A program made the position numbers and the translations under genes. Under the pieces are notes generated by a model. The model was not told the DNA's origin. It was given only the letters and a program-made list of their open reading frames with translations, and did not search any database. This document shows positions 46,740-59,620 of a DNA stretch of 64,000 bases, in pieces. Within the stretch, counting starts at the first letter, position 1. Each line of letters opens with the position of its first letter. Source of the stretch: the human T2T-CHM13v2.0 reference genome, Homo sapiens; NCBI RefSeq assembly GCF_009914755.1, contig NC_060935.1; one strand, written 5' to 3'.

Positions 46740-47834
46740 AGGGCTATTAATCTCCATAATCTTTAGCTCATTTTCAAAATATCAAAAACCATTTCACTTT
46801 GTGAATATATTAAAAATTACTAAATTGTATACTTTAAATGAAACTTAAATTCTTTGTATACTTTAAAAGAAATTTAATTTCTTATATTTAAAATACATCT
46901 TAATTAAAATATTCAACATTTATATATAAATAACACCATAATAAAAGTGCCCTACATATGAAATAACAAATTTACTACCAACAAGAATTTTTAAGAAGTT
47001 GAAGTTGGCAAACAATTAGACAAGCTCTAGGTTTACATACCATCAGTCATTTCAAATTAATTAGAACAAAACAGAAACACCTCGTAGTCTACTTTTATTC
47101 TCAGAAAAGAATGCCTTCTCCATCCCTCATTGACTGTGGGGCACGAACACATCACTTCTCACCCTAAGGTCTCTAGTCCTTCTTCTGTAAAAGGAAGGGA
47201 GGAACTGGATACCCACTGGAGTCCCTTATAGTTGGCATTCATTTCAACTCAACACTTTTAACAAATATTAATATATAAATCTACCTAATGTGAGACACAA
47301 GTTAAAAGTAGGTGCTTTTTTATTAGATGTTTGTTTTAAATTCATTAAATGACAAATTATCTGCAGCTCAGAATTTGCAAAGCATTTAAACTTTCATATT
47401 ATGGCTCCCGTGCTCTTGAAATAACAACTTCTCAGCTGGGCTGCATTGCAAATTTGATGTCGAAGAATGCATACCACCATTAATTTACATATATTATGGG
47501 CACACCTGAATTTCCACATAAAACACTAAGTACGGAAGTCCCTCCTCTTTGCTTAAAAAATAGAATACATTCAACTCTGTGAGAGGTCTTACCAAACAAA
47601 ATATTATAAATCTCTCAGATGTATAGTCTCCAGTCTACCAGCAGGGGTCAGGGCAATGTGGGCCAAAGAGAAGGGATTACTGTCACTTTCAAGAAAATGC
47701 TGCATTGCCTTGGAAGGAAAAGTCACTAGACAGTTTATACTGTATTGGCTCGGTGTTTCAAATGGAAGGATGAATGCGCAGCCAAAGAGAGAGATATAGT
47801 GTAGGATAAAAAAACAGTTAAGACAGAAAAACAG

Positions 47835-48135
47835 ATAGATCAAAGAGATGAAGTAGATAAATTAGAGAAACATATAACAATATAAAATATTTACAAAACT
47901 ATATATCTAGAGTTAGATATATAGACACACAGATTAGATATTACAAAGATTAAAGATAAATAGATACATAGGTAAACAGAGTAGATAGATACATAAATGG
48001 AGACTGATAAATGGATTAGAAAGATATAGATGGATAAAACAGGTTACTTTGAGATTAGACAACTAGAGAGTATACACAGGTAGAGAGCTTAGACAGTTAC
48101 AATACACACCAAAATAGATTAGATGGATAAGAGAG
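47835..48135 (+). repeat. Degenerate (TAGA/GATA)n low-complexity tract
   Basis: Repeated tagat, agata and gataaa units over about 300 bp. Confidence 0.65.
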
Positions 48136-48581
48136 CAGCTTCTACCCTCATAATCGTAGGTATATCAGAAAACTACAAAGAATTCATAATTATATTACAC
48201 TGTGTTATCCATATATGTTATATATAAATTTACTGTTGATTACATGATTTGACAACCACCATTACCCTGAGAGGAAGACATTATTATCCTTATTGTATAG
48301 TTAAGAAAGCAAACTCAGACGAAATGGAAGTGAGCCTATGTCTGCTATTCATGATTTATATGTATTATATTTAATTCTCGTAACTGCCCACAAAGTCTTT
48401 TACAGACAAGAAGATGGTCTCAGAAAGGAAAAGTAATTTGCCTAAGAGCATACCAGTGGTAGCATCAGAATTCTAGCTCCAAAGTCTATGACATTCCCTC
48501 TGTATTTCAATATCACCACTTCAGGCAGTCACATACAGAATCCTGAATGGCATGTTAAACCGTGAAAGAGCTGGTACCTAC

Positions 48582-48644
48582 CTGTTAATGAAGCTGAGTG
48601 GTCTGAGCCAGCAAGAACACACATTGCTTTAGAATTCTCTAGAC
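48582..48644 (-). CDS. SERGEF: SERGEF coding exon 7 (63 nt, phase 1->1): GLENSKAMCVLAGSDHSASLT
   Basis: Lies within ORF 48529..48711. Acceptor tttttcttttgtag|GT, donor TTAACAG|gtaggt. AGxxHS motif. Confidence 0.95.
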
Positions 48645-48799
48645 CTACAAAAGAAAAAATGTTCTTCTGAATTACATTTATAACAGAACAAACTGGGCAG
48701 AGAGGGGGCACTCAGCCAGTACCACCTGGGCGTGGGAGAGACTCAGCCAGTGCAGGCAGGCCTGAGTCAGCAGCACTGGCCAAGAAGATGGCTGGCATT

Positions 48800-49100
48800 G
48801 TAGGGAGCCTGGTAACATGCCAGGAGATTGAACAATCAAGTAAATACATTCAGGATAAAGGAGCCAGATTCATCACTATCAAAGAGGGGAGGAAAGGTAT
48901 AGATATGAAAAGGGGAAAGGCTATAATCAACCGTGTAATATTGGATAGTAATTGGAAAAATCAGTGTAAATTCATGATTTCTAGTAGAGACAGATAAATA
49001 GACATAGGTGTGTGTATGTAAAAATGTGTGTGCATGTGTGTGTGTCTGTGTGTCTATTTCCTAACTCCAGCAGTTGAGTGGGTCTAGAGCAATGACATCT
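48800..49100 (+). mobile_element. L1MC/MD-type 3' fragment with embedded (TG)n
   Basis: ccaggagattgaacaatcaagtaaatacatt...ccagattcatcact...atttcctaactc...tctagagcaatgac. Confidence 0.6.
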
Positions 49101-49875
49101 CATACACTCAGCTGTTATCAAACGCAGGCACTTAAATAACCCCAAGCCTCCTAAGAATACACAATCAGAACCAGATTCTGAACTGGGCTTCTTTCTCCAA
49201 ATTCAGCACTTTTCCTTCCTTAATTACACTGCTAAAAGTGGAGCTAGCCTGTGATGACATGCAGTCTAGCATGCAGATAGACGCAGACTTATTCTGTAAC
49301 TTTTTTTTCTGACACTTCTTTTTAATTAATAACTGTTGTAATAAAATGGCCCTCACACCTTCAAGTGTCCTCTGGAATGATAACAGGACAAAGCAGATGT
49401 TTTCACCCATGTTCACCAGAGAGGAAGTACTGGGCCCCTAATGGCCAGGTGAGGAGGGAACAGCCCGGGTTCCAGCTCCAGAACTTTTGGCAATGAGGTG
49501 AGAACGGGAGGACGAAAAGTGAAAGACTTTGAGGACTGGAAGCTGATGATCCATTCTAATGTCTCATCAGGGAACTCCCCCAAAACCAACTCTGAATGTA
49601 AGCTGTGCCCCACCCAAACAGATGCCAAACAGGTTGTTTAAATGAAATAAAATAAAAAACATTTTTTCCCTCTAATAACAGGTCCTGTGCTAAAATATAG
49701 AGCAAAATGACACACCGCTTCCACCCTTTAAAAGTTCATAATCTTCAGCATATGAGAAAACATACAGACAATTCATAATAACAGTATACTGTGCTATCCA
49801 TGCATGTGAAGTTAATGCAGTGAACACTAGAAAAGAAAAGGTCTTTACTGAGAAAGGTGTATCTGAGCTAGGTCT

Positions 49876-50312
<437 letters not shown>

Positions 50313-50659
50313 TTATACATGTTTCTAATGTCATGTGAAGTGGACTACCTGTCCCACATCCAATGCTCCTTCTCCTTTCTAAGAGGACCTTCCCCAGCTC
50401 AACCCATGGGTTTCAGGGAAGCTAAGCCCACCCCTAGCTGAAAGAGAACACCTCCAGGACTTAGAAAAATTAGAATGATCTCAACACCCAATTACATCAC
50501 TCCCACTGCAACCCACCCTTTCCTATTCTTCCCCCACCCCTTCCCACCATCCTCAAAAATCCCTGATTTGTTCCAGGCAACAGAAGAAGTAGTTACAAGT
50601 CTCCTATACAAGTTTTTCCTACAGCCAAGCCTGGGTAAACTCGGTCACAAAGTAGAAGA

Positions 50660-50810
50660 GTGAGAAAGCAGAAAAGGGAGAAGAGGAGGAAATGGAGACA
50701 TGGTGCTGTATACAGAGGGAGAAAGGCCCACAAGGAGAGCAGAGAGAGAGAAAGAAAGAGAGAGAGAGACAGGGGAAGAAGGGTGGGGGGAAGAAAAGGA
50801 AGGAGAAAAT
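50660..50810 (+). repeat. GA-rich purine tract
   Basis: agagagagagaaagaaagagagagagagacaggggaagaagggtggggggaagaaaaggaagg. Confidence 0.75.
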
Positions 50811-51447
50811 ACAGACCAAATGACCAACAGACCTTTGGGCAGAACACATATTACCTACTCCTCGTATTTTCGCGTAGAGAGATTTCCCTGTGGGAACACT
50901 CCTGGCCCCTCTGTCTACATCCTCACTCACTCCTGCTTCCTTTTTGGGAGAAGGAACTGGCCATGCAAGGCATGGTCCTCCTGGGTTCCCTCTTTGGGGT
51001 GTGCCTGCCTGAAGAGAGGGTACATCCTCATGTCCTCTTGGTCAGGCGTTAAGTTTAGTAGGGCCAACTCTATACAAGTACCCCGGTGCTTGGTGGGTAA
51101 ATTCAATCTGAGTTTCAGAATTAGGGGTTTGAAGACAATATATAGTCATAGTGAGCCTCTAATCATGTCTTCCAACCTAGCTTTTAACAGTTCTAGAGTT
51201 ACCATTTCAATCTCCACCTACCTGACTTGCATCTATGCCTCAATCGGTTCCAAACTCTGGCAGCAAAGAGGGTTGCTTCTACTGGGCCAACAAACAATGC
51301 CAGCAAGACTAACAGACCAACTAATAGAGAAAGTTAGAGAGACCAAGAAATAGCAAAATCAAAAATCCATTTAATCCTCTTCTGCATGTTTATGTCTCTA
51401 CTTCCTGACAAAGAACAAATATAGGACTAAAGAAAGAAGCATCTTAC

Positions 51448-51561
51448 CTGTCACTCTGCTTGGTTCCTTTGCTGTGAAAAACAATGGAAGAGTCTGCCCA
51501 GGGCACAACCGTCGTCCACATGATGCCAAACCAGTCCCCCACTGGAACACGATGCCACTCG
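51448..51561 (-). CDS. SERGEF: SERGEF coding exon 6 (114 nt, phase 1->1): ASGIVFQWGTGLASCGRRLCPGQTLPLFFTAKEPSRVT
   Basis: Manual translation (the ORF track shows a different frame). Acceptor ttctgttgggaag|CG, donor GTGACAG|gtaaga. Locally CpG-rich. G-x-V-F-x-W-G blade start. Confidence 0.92.
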
Positions 51562-52510
51562 CTTCCCAACAGAATGGAAGAGAAAGCAGAGAAGATGCAC
51601 ATCAGGATAAGACTAGATTGCTCTTTGAACCTCACTGCTATGAGAAATTCCCAATTCTTTCTCAGTTAATATGAGTGTTATGGAGAAGCTCAATTGCTTC
51701 AAGAGGTCCTGTAACTGGCCCAGGGATTACCACCAAGCCAATCACAAATCCAGTCTTCAGGACAGACTAAGACCATCAAAGCAAATTCCAATATCACATA
51801 ACTTCCTACAAAAAGTTCCAGGACACTCCTTCAGAGTCAAATCAGTGGAATGACACCTTATTCATGATTAACCTGAAAAGACAACTCAGATCCCAGACAA
51901 AGCAGAAAAGAACCTTGAAGATCATCAAATCCATTCCTCACATTCAGTAGATGAGAAAACTGAGGCCCTGAAGAGAGGATGCGATTTGTCTCCTCAGGCA
52001 GGAAGGTAACAGCAGAGAAAATGCCAGGACTCAGCTTTCCTAACACCTAATGTAGTGCCCTTTCCACGACACCAAGATGAATTCAAAGATTCCTAATTGC
52101 CAAGTAAATACATATTTATGACTGCAAGATAGCTTCTTAATAGCCATGATTTCAGCGGAATGGCCTTTTACTTTCATGCCCACTGAATCTAATTCATGTA
52201 CCTATGTTCTGAACCTCATACAAATGCAAATATGAAATTCTAGATATTTGATCTACACTCAGGTGTGTGAAACTAGGATCCATCACCCAACAGCAACATT
52301 AAGGTTCTGCTCCTTTGGGAGTATCCTATAAACAGCAGTCCTTTTTAAGGCTATAAACAGACAAGCCTGTTTTGTGAAAAATAAGCTATGACCACTGAGC
52401 ACAATGTGAGCAAAGCACAGTGTTGAAATAAAAACTTACAATCTCTTCAACAAATTGACTTCGAGAGGAAAAAAAAAAAGAGGAAAAACTTTATAAGAGA
52501 CTTCAGATAG

Positions 52511-53725
52511 CTGACAGGAGATGAATATCCAGAATATATAAAGAACTCCAAAAACTCAACAACCAAAAGAAACAACTCAGTTAAAAAATGGGCAAAGATG
52601 TAATCCCAGCATTTTGGGAGGCTGACATGGGAGGATTGCTTGAGCCCAGAGTTTGAGAAAAGCCTGGGCAATATAGTGAGATCTCATTTCTACAAAAAAT
52701 TTAAAAATTAGCCAAGCATGGTGGTGTACACCTGCAGTCCCAGCTGCCTGAGGTGGGAAGATCACTTGCGCCTGGGTGGTGGAGGCTGCAGTGAGCCAAG
52801 ATCACGCCACTGCACTCTAGCCTGGGCAACAGAATGAGACACTGTCTCAACAAAAAAAGCGAGGGAGGAGGGTGCAGTGCAAAGGATTTGAATAGACATT
52901 TCTCCAAGAAGATATACAAGTGTCCAGTAAAAACATGAAAAGATGCTAACATTGCTAACCATCAGGGAAATGAAAACAGGTATCACCTCATACACATTTT
53001 GATGCTACTATTTTTAAAAACCAGAAAATAACAAGTGTTGGTGAGTTTTTGGAAAAATTGGAACCTCGTGCACTCCTGGTGGAAACAAAATGGTACAACC
53101 TCTGTGGCAAATAGTATGGTAGTTCCTCAGAAAATTAAAAATAGAATTACCATATGAACTAATAATTTCACTTCTGGGTACACATCCAAAAGAATTGAAA
53201 GCAGGATCTTGAAGAGATATTTGTACACCCATGTTCATAGCAGCATTATTCACAATAGCTAAAACATGGAAGCAACTCAAATGTCCATTGACAGATGAAT
53301 GGTAAGCAAAACGTGATATATCCATACAATGGATATTATCCACTTTAAAAAGTATCTAAACGCCGATATATCCTACTCCATGGATGAACCTTGAGGACAT
53401 CATGCTAAGTGAAATATACGCCAGTCACAAAAAAGACAAATACTGTATGATTCCACTTAGATGAGAGACTTACAGTAGTCAAAAGTATAGATACAGAAAG
53501 TAGAATAGTGATTGCCATGGGCCAGTGGAATGGGGAATGGGGAGTTATTGTTTAATGGGTATAGAGTTTCAATTTTGCAAGACAAAATGTTCTGGAGATG
53601 GATGGTGGTGGTGATTGCATAATGATATGAATGTACTTATACACTTAAAAATGGTTAAGATAATAAACTGTAAACTACGTATATTTTACCATGATAAAAT
53701 TAAGAAAAAAATAATTTTTTAAAAA
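52511..53725 (+). mobile_element. L1MA/MB-type 3' end (ORF2 C-terminus plus 3' UTR) interrupted by an Alu
   Basis: aatatccagaatatataaagaactc...gaatagacatttctcc...acacccatgttcatagcagcattattcacaatagc...gaaccttgaggacatcatgctaagtgaaat...cacttaaaaatggttaa. Confidence 0.92.
52599..52858 (+). mobile_element. AluJ-like, 5'-truncated, inside the L1
   Basis: gggaggattgcttgagcccag...ggaggctgcagtgagcc. Confidence 0.92.
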
Positions 53726-53781
53726 AAGAAAGAAAGACTTGTGATACATATCAACTAATTACAATATGTAGACCTCATTCA

Positions 53782-54073
53782 GGCTGGGCACAGAGGCTCA
53801 CACCTGTAATCCCAACACTTTGGGAGGAGAAGGCAGGAAGACTGTCAGAGGCTGAGAGTTCAAGACAAGCCTGGGCAACATACCAAGACCCCATCTCTAC
53901 AAGAATAAAAATTTAAAAATTAGCTGAGTGTGGTGGCACATATCTGTAGTCCCAGCTACTTGGAAGGCAGAACCTAGAGGATCGCTTGAGCCCAGAAGTT
54001 TGAGGTCGCAGTGAACCATGAACACACCACTGTACCCCAGCCTGGACAACAGGGGGGGACCCTATCTTAAAAA
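53782..54073 (+). mobile_element. AluJ-like whose tail has become a microsatellite
   Basis: ggctgggcacagaggctcacacctgtaatccc...gaggatcgcttgagccc. Confidence 0.92.
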
Positions 54074-54080
54074 TACATAC

Positions 54081-54133
<53 letters not shown>

Positions 54134-54170
54134 TGTGTGAGTGTGTGTGTTATATATATATATGTTTATA

Positions 54171-54203
<33 letters not shown>

Positions 54204-54213
54204 GTATTTATAT
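54074..54213. repeat. Compound microsatellite (TACA)n(TA)n...(TG)n
   Basis: Read directly from the sequence. Confidence 0.97.
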
Positions 54214-54216
54214 ACA

Positions 54217-54622
54217 GTCATGGGAAGAACTGTATCCCCCTAAAATTCAGATGTTGAAATTGTTGAAACCCTAATGCCCACTGTAACTAGATTTGCAGAT
54301 AGGGGCTATGGAATGCAATAAAAGTTAAAGGGGGTCATATGTGTAGGGTCTTAATCTAATAGGACTGGTGTCCTTATAAAAAGGAAGAGACATCAGAAAT
54401 CTCTCCCTCTCCACAGGCACACCCAAAAAAGGCCATGCAAGAACCGAGCAAGAAGGTGGTCACCTACAGGCCAGGAAAAAAAAAAAAACTCACGAGAAAC
54501 CAATCCTGACAACACAATAATCTTAATACTTTTAGCCTCCAGAATGGTGAGAAAATAAATGTCTGTTCTTTCAGCCTCCTAGTTTGTGGTATTTTGTTAC
54601 GGCAGCCCTAACAGATTAGTAC
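54217..54622 (+). mobile_element. MLT1A/B-like MaLR solo LTR
   Basis: aaaattcagatgttgaa...gactggtgtccttataaaaaggaagagac...agcctccagaatggtgagaaaataaat...gtggtattttgttacggcagcc. Confidence 0.85.
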
Positions 54623-55075
54623 TGTGGTACATCCATACCATCAAATACTACTCAGCAATGAAAAGGAATGAATTACTGATATACACAACTTGGATGAATG
54701 TCTACGGAATTATGTTGAATGAAAAAAGCCAACCTCAAAAGGTTATATACTGTATGATACCATTTATAGAACATTTTTGAAATGACAACATCATAGAGAT
54801 GGAGAACAGAAGAGTGCTTAGCCTAGGGCTAAGAAGTGGTTATAGGCAGGTAGAAATGGGTGTGGCTATAGAAAGGCAACAGGAAGGATTCCTGTGGTAA
54901 TGGAACTGTTCTATATCTTGATTGTATCAATGTTAATATCCTCATTATGTTATTGTACTATAGTTTTGCAAGATACCATTAGGGGAAACCGGGAGAGAAC
55001 ACACAGGGTCTGTTTTATTTTTGCAGCTGCATGTGCATCTGCAATTATCTCAAAATAAAAAGTTGAATTTTTTTT
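54623..55075 (+). mobile_element. L1MC-type 3' end
   Basis: ctgtggtacatccatacc...atactactcagcaatgaaaaggaatgaa...gttttgcaagataccattaggggaaac...caattatctcaaaataaaa. Confidence 0.85.
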
Positions 55076-55790
55076 GAAGTATAATCAATGCTAAGCCCAG
55101 GACTATCAGCACAGTCCTGCATTGAGCTCTTCCTCACCTCCTCTCTCCTTCCTCCACTCCACAAGTGGACTCACGAAGCACCTGAGCCTCAGCTGCCACA
55201 GCCAATTAGTGCTGTCCTTCAGTTCAAAAGGAGTAAGAGCAGAAAAAATGAAAAGGGGAGAGATAAAAGGGTCACCATTCTCCCACACGCCACCTCCCTG
55301 TCCCCCTCACACACAGACTGTCAGTCCCATCACCCACTCACAGTACAGGAGACAAGCTCACTTAAAGCTTTTAAATTAATAAACAATAAAATCCATTAGG
55401 AAGGCTGTGCAGCTCCCTGCAAAAAATATGAGCCTTAGGATCCAAACCATCCCAGGCTCTGATCCAAGCTCTACGTTACTCCCTGTATAAGCTTACACAA
55501 GCACTTTAACTCTGTGCCTCAGTTTCTTCACATGTAAAATGTAACTCGCATCACTTCCTGGTTGTGAGGATTAAATAAAGTAATCAAATAAATAGCACCT
55601 AGCATCATACCTAGAACACAAAGAGCTAGAAAACTTCATTTCCTTCCTCTCTACCTGCTAATGTCTTTCCTACATGACTTCTGCCTTATGTTCTCTCCTT
55701 TTCATCAGAACCACAATGCAGCAGGACCCTTTGAAATATTTCCTAAATGGTTTTTCTCCTAAAGTTAAGTTTCCTCTTATTACAGACCTA

Positions 55791-56126
<336 letters not shown>

Positions 56127-56140
56127 GATAAGATGATCAC

Positions 56141-56201
56141 CTGTAGCAGCTACTGCATGCCTCAGTCCAGCAGCAATACAAACAACCTTCTCTTTATGGA
56201 G
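56141..56201 (-). CDS. SERGEF: SERGEF coding exon 5 (61 nt, phase 0->1): LHKEKVVCIAAGLRHAVAAT
   Basis: Manual translation. Acceptor ttattttgacag|CTC, donor GCTACAG|gtgatc. IAAGxxH half of an RCC1 repeat. Exons 4+5 total 156 nt. Confidence 0.93.
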
Positions 56202-56461
56202 CTGTCAAAATAAAGAAAAGGATTTAGATCTCAGAACCATCCATCTACAAAATTTTATGTAATTTATACCAAATACAATGCAGTACGGTCCTCATTATGG
56301 GTCTGACTGGTTTAAAGCAACCACTCCCCCCAATATTTCCACCCATTAATACCTCTACATTTATCCCTAAAAGAAAAAAATATATCTTTTAAAATACCAT
56401 ATCACAATACCATATGACAACAACTCTCAGGGCTGGGAGGCACTTCTAAGGTCATCTAGTC

Positions 56462-56622
56462 CAAGAGTTAGTAAATGTTTTCTGTAAAGGGACAGTTAGT
56501 AAATGTTTTACAGGCCACAGTTTCTGTCACACTACTCAGCTGTGCCATTGTAACATAAAAGCAGCTCTAGACTATACATAAATGAATGAGCATGACTGTG
56601 TGCCAGTAAGACTTTATTTACC
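56462..56622 (+). mobile_element. MER58A-like hAT-Charlie fragment
   Basis: tttctgtaaagggacagttagtaaatg...ctactcagctgtgccattgta...aaagcagc...aaatgaatgagcatgactgtgtgcc...actttattta. Confidence 0.8.
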
Positions 56623-56870
56623 AAGGGCTCAAAGTTTCCCAACATGATCTAGTCCAATCTCCATCCAACAACACCCCACCAAGTGGTCATCCAACTCCTG
56701 CCAAACACCTACCCCCAGTGACATAGGGATCGCCATTTCCCCAGGTGCCTGTTCCATTTTTGCACAGTTCCATTTATCTCTTTAGGTGTAACCAAACCTA
56801 TCTGCCTGCAGCTTCTGACAATGCTTTCCAAATATTTGAAGACAGTTGTCATGTCCTCTCTAAGACATCT

Positions 56871-57348
56871 TGTAGTGGTTTTAAAAATAGGTCCTCAAAT
56901 TCTTGCTACTCCTCCCTTCAAGATGTGGAGCTTAATACCCCTCCCCTTGTGTGGGCTGGACTTAGTGACATGCTTTTAATAAAGAGAATAAAGCAGCAAT
57001 GAGTGACTCAGAGTCTAGGCGAAAAAAGGCACTAAGGCTTCCTGCTTAGCATCTCTCCCTCTCTCTCTCATCACTCCTGGGGGAAACCAGATGCTATGTC
57101 TGAAAAGTCCAATAGAAAGGTCCACATGGCAAGGAACATGAAACCATTAGGGCTTTACCACATTTGTTTATTTACAGGTCCACGGAGATTGCAAGCAGAC
57201 CCAGCTAACATCTCAACTGTAACTTCATGAGAGACCAGCTAAGCTGTTCCTAAATTCCTGACTCTCCGAAACTGTGACATAATAAATGTTTGCTGTTTTA
57301 AGCTGCTAAGGTTTGCAGTAATTTGTTACACAGCAATAGATAACTAAT
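56871..57348 (+). mobile_element. MLT1F-like MaLR solo LTR
   Basis: tgtagtgg...ctccccttgtgtgggctggacttagtgac...aataaatgtttgctgttttaagctgctaagg...gtaatttgttacacagcaatagataactaat. Confidence 0.85.
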
Positions 57349-57829
57349 GAAGATCTTTTCTTCAAAGCAAATATCCCCCATTCATCAGCCATCACTGGAT
57401 TTCAAATTCCCTTCCCCTCCTGGTCTTCACTTCTCTAAATATGCTCTAGTTGTTCAATCTTTCTCTTTTAAAGGAACTCTATAGCATAATCATAACCCCA
57501 TTAAGGCTTATCACATTTGTTTATTTACAGGTCCACAGTGTCTTTCTAAACTTTAGGACCCTCAAGGGCAGGACCTGAGTCTTATATACCTTTATGCCCA
57601 GGGCCTAAGCACCAAATCCACAACAAAACACAACATCCCAGATGCAGGCTGAACAGCAGAAAGGGCTGAGCTTTGGCCTTCCTTCTTCTGGAAACTATAC
57701 TTCTGTCAATGGAGTCCACAATCACATTAGCTTACGAGAAGATCAAATCTTAGCGTTAATACAATTTGAACATATTGTCCTTTATATTTTTCTTTTGTTT
57801 TTCCCCAAAAAACTAACTGAAGGGCTTTA

Positions 57830-58480
57830 CATGTGACTTCAGTCTCTTTAACACCACTCACCTCCACCTCTTACTCTCCATCCCAACTGTTGCTGCTTTA
57901 GTTTGAGCCACAATTGTTTCATTTGGATTGTTAGCAAGAGTTTCCTCAGTAACCTTCCTTCAATCCATCTTCCTATCTGACCTCCCTACCATGTTGTTCT
58001 TACCATGTGTCACATACAACCACCCTGATTGCCCCATTCCCACCCACTCTACCCTGGAACTTCCACCTCTTCCTTATATTCCAACCATACTAAACTACTT
58101 ACGATATCCCAAACTCTCCTGTTTCATTCCGTTGCACCTTTGCTTACATGGTTCCTTCTGCCTAGAATGTTCTTCTTTTGCACCCACTCTGAGCATCCTC
58201 CTATCCCAAGACGGGGAAACCTCTATTTAACTTTTGAGACCTAGCTTAAGCCTCTTCTCACCCCACCTTCCCCCAGATGCTCAAAACTCCCTCCTTTGGG
58301 GATATACATGCATCTGTCATAGTTCTGACATGGTATTACGTTTAAGTATTTATGTGCCTATCATGTCCTACCAAACTATAAAACTCTCAACTGCTAGGAC
58401 AGGTCTTATTCAACTTTGCTCCCACTGCCTAAACATAGTACCTACACATAATGGTTGTCATTAAATAAATGAATGAATTT
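57830..58480 (+). mobile_element. L2 fragment with 3' end
   Basis: Pyrimidine-rich body ending cctaaacatagtacctacacataat...taaataaatgaatgaat. Confidence 0.65.
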
Positions 58481-59197
58481 CTATTAAATTTCTCTTTGGC
58501 ACATTGCTCCTATTGTTGCATAGAATGTCACCTGTCAAAATGTTTTTACTCTCTGATTCTGTCAACCAACATATTTTAACCATTGTTCCTCTATTCCTTA
58601 ATTATATAAAGTATAATTAAGCTAAATTAATTATAACTTATATGTAGGTGCTTACAAGGCCATCTATTTGCAATTGGGAGCTATAATACTTCCTTCAGGG
58701 ACTACAGAGCCTCGACTTTGTGCATACCATGGGAACCATGACCCGAAATAACAGTCCACAGACCAACAACTGAGTTCAGCAAGCTGGCAGGGGCAGACCC
58801 AAGCTTTCTCTAGGGAAAAAACATCTCCCACTATTAATCAGAGTTTAGGGAAATTAGATCGGAGTGGGACAGCTTAGGTGGTAAAACTCATTTTTGATTC
58901 AAGCATATTTCTTTAAAAATTCTATATTCCTATTATGATCACTTACAATATAAACTTCACAAAAAGGGGTGATTTTAAGTATGATGCACTGAAGTAAAGA
59001 GCTCTGAACTAGAGCCAAGAGTCCTGTTTAACACTTGTTTTGTCCAATATGGTAGCCACTACCTACACATAGCTCTTGAAAACTTGAAATGTGATTACAC
59101 TAAACTGAGACATATTGTAAGTAAAAAATGCATACCAGAGTTCAAAGACTTAGTACAAAATCAGTATAAAATACCTTGTTAATAATTTTTATACTGA

Positions 59198-59368
59198 ATT
59201 AGCTGGGAATGGTGCCAGGCACCTGTAATCCCAGCTACTCGGGAGGCCGAGGCAGGGAACTGCTTGAACCTGGGAGGCGGAGGTTGCAGTGAGCCGGGAT
59301 CGCGCCACTGCACTCCAGCCTGGGCAACAGAGTGAGACTCCATCTCAAAAATAAAAATAAAAACAAAA
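59198..59368 (+). mobile_element. Alu right arm only (5'-truncated AluS/Y insertion)
   Basis: TSD aataatttttatactga (59181-59197) / aataactttatactga (59369-59384). Confidence 0.92.
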
Positions 59369-59400
59369 AATAACTTTATACTGATGACATGCTGAAATAA

Positions 59401-59620
59401 CAGGCAAATCTATAGAGACAAAAAGTAGATTAGTACTCACCAGGGGCTGAGGGGAAGGGAGAATAGGAATTGACTGCTATTAAGTACATAGTTTCTTTTG
59501 GTGGTAATGAAAATGTTCTAAAATAAGATAATGATATTGGTTGCTCATCTCTGTGGATATACATTTTAAAGGGGTTAATTTTATGGTATGTGAATTACAG
59601 CTCAATAATGCTGTTATTTT
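59401..59620 (+). mobile_element. L1MB-type 3' end fragment
   Basis: caggcaaatctatagagacaaaaagtagattagt...gaaaatgttctaaaa...ttttatggtatgtgaattacagctcaataa. Confidence 0.8.

Noticed and set aside
50700-51353. Longest ORF in the track (217 aa, plus strand)
   Set aside because: It starts in a GA-rich low-complexity tract, has no recognisable domain and is antisense within an intron. Most likely a chance ORF.
54352-54362. DUX4 motif in the MLT1 LTR
   Set aside because: TAATCTAATAG lacks the terminal CA of the consensus.
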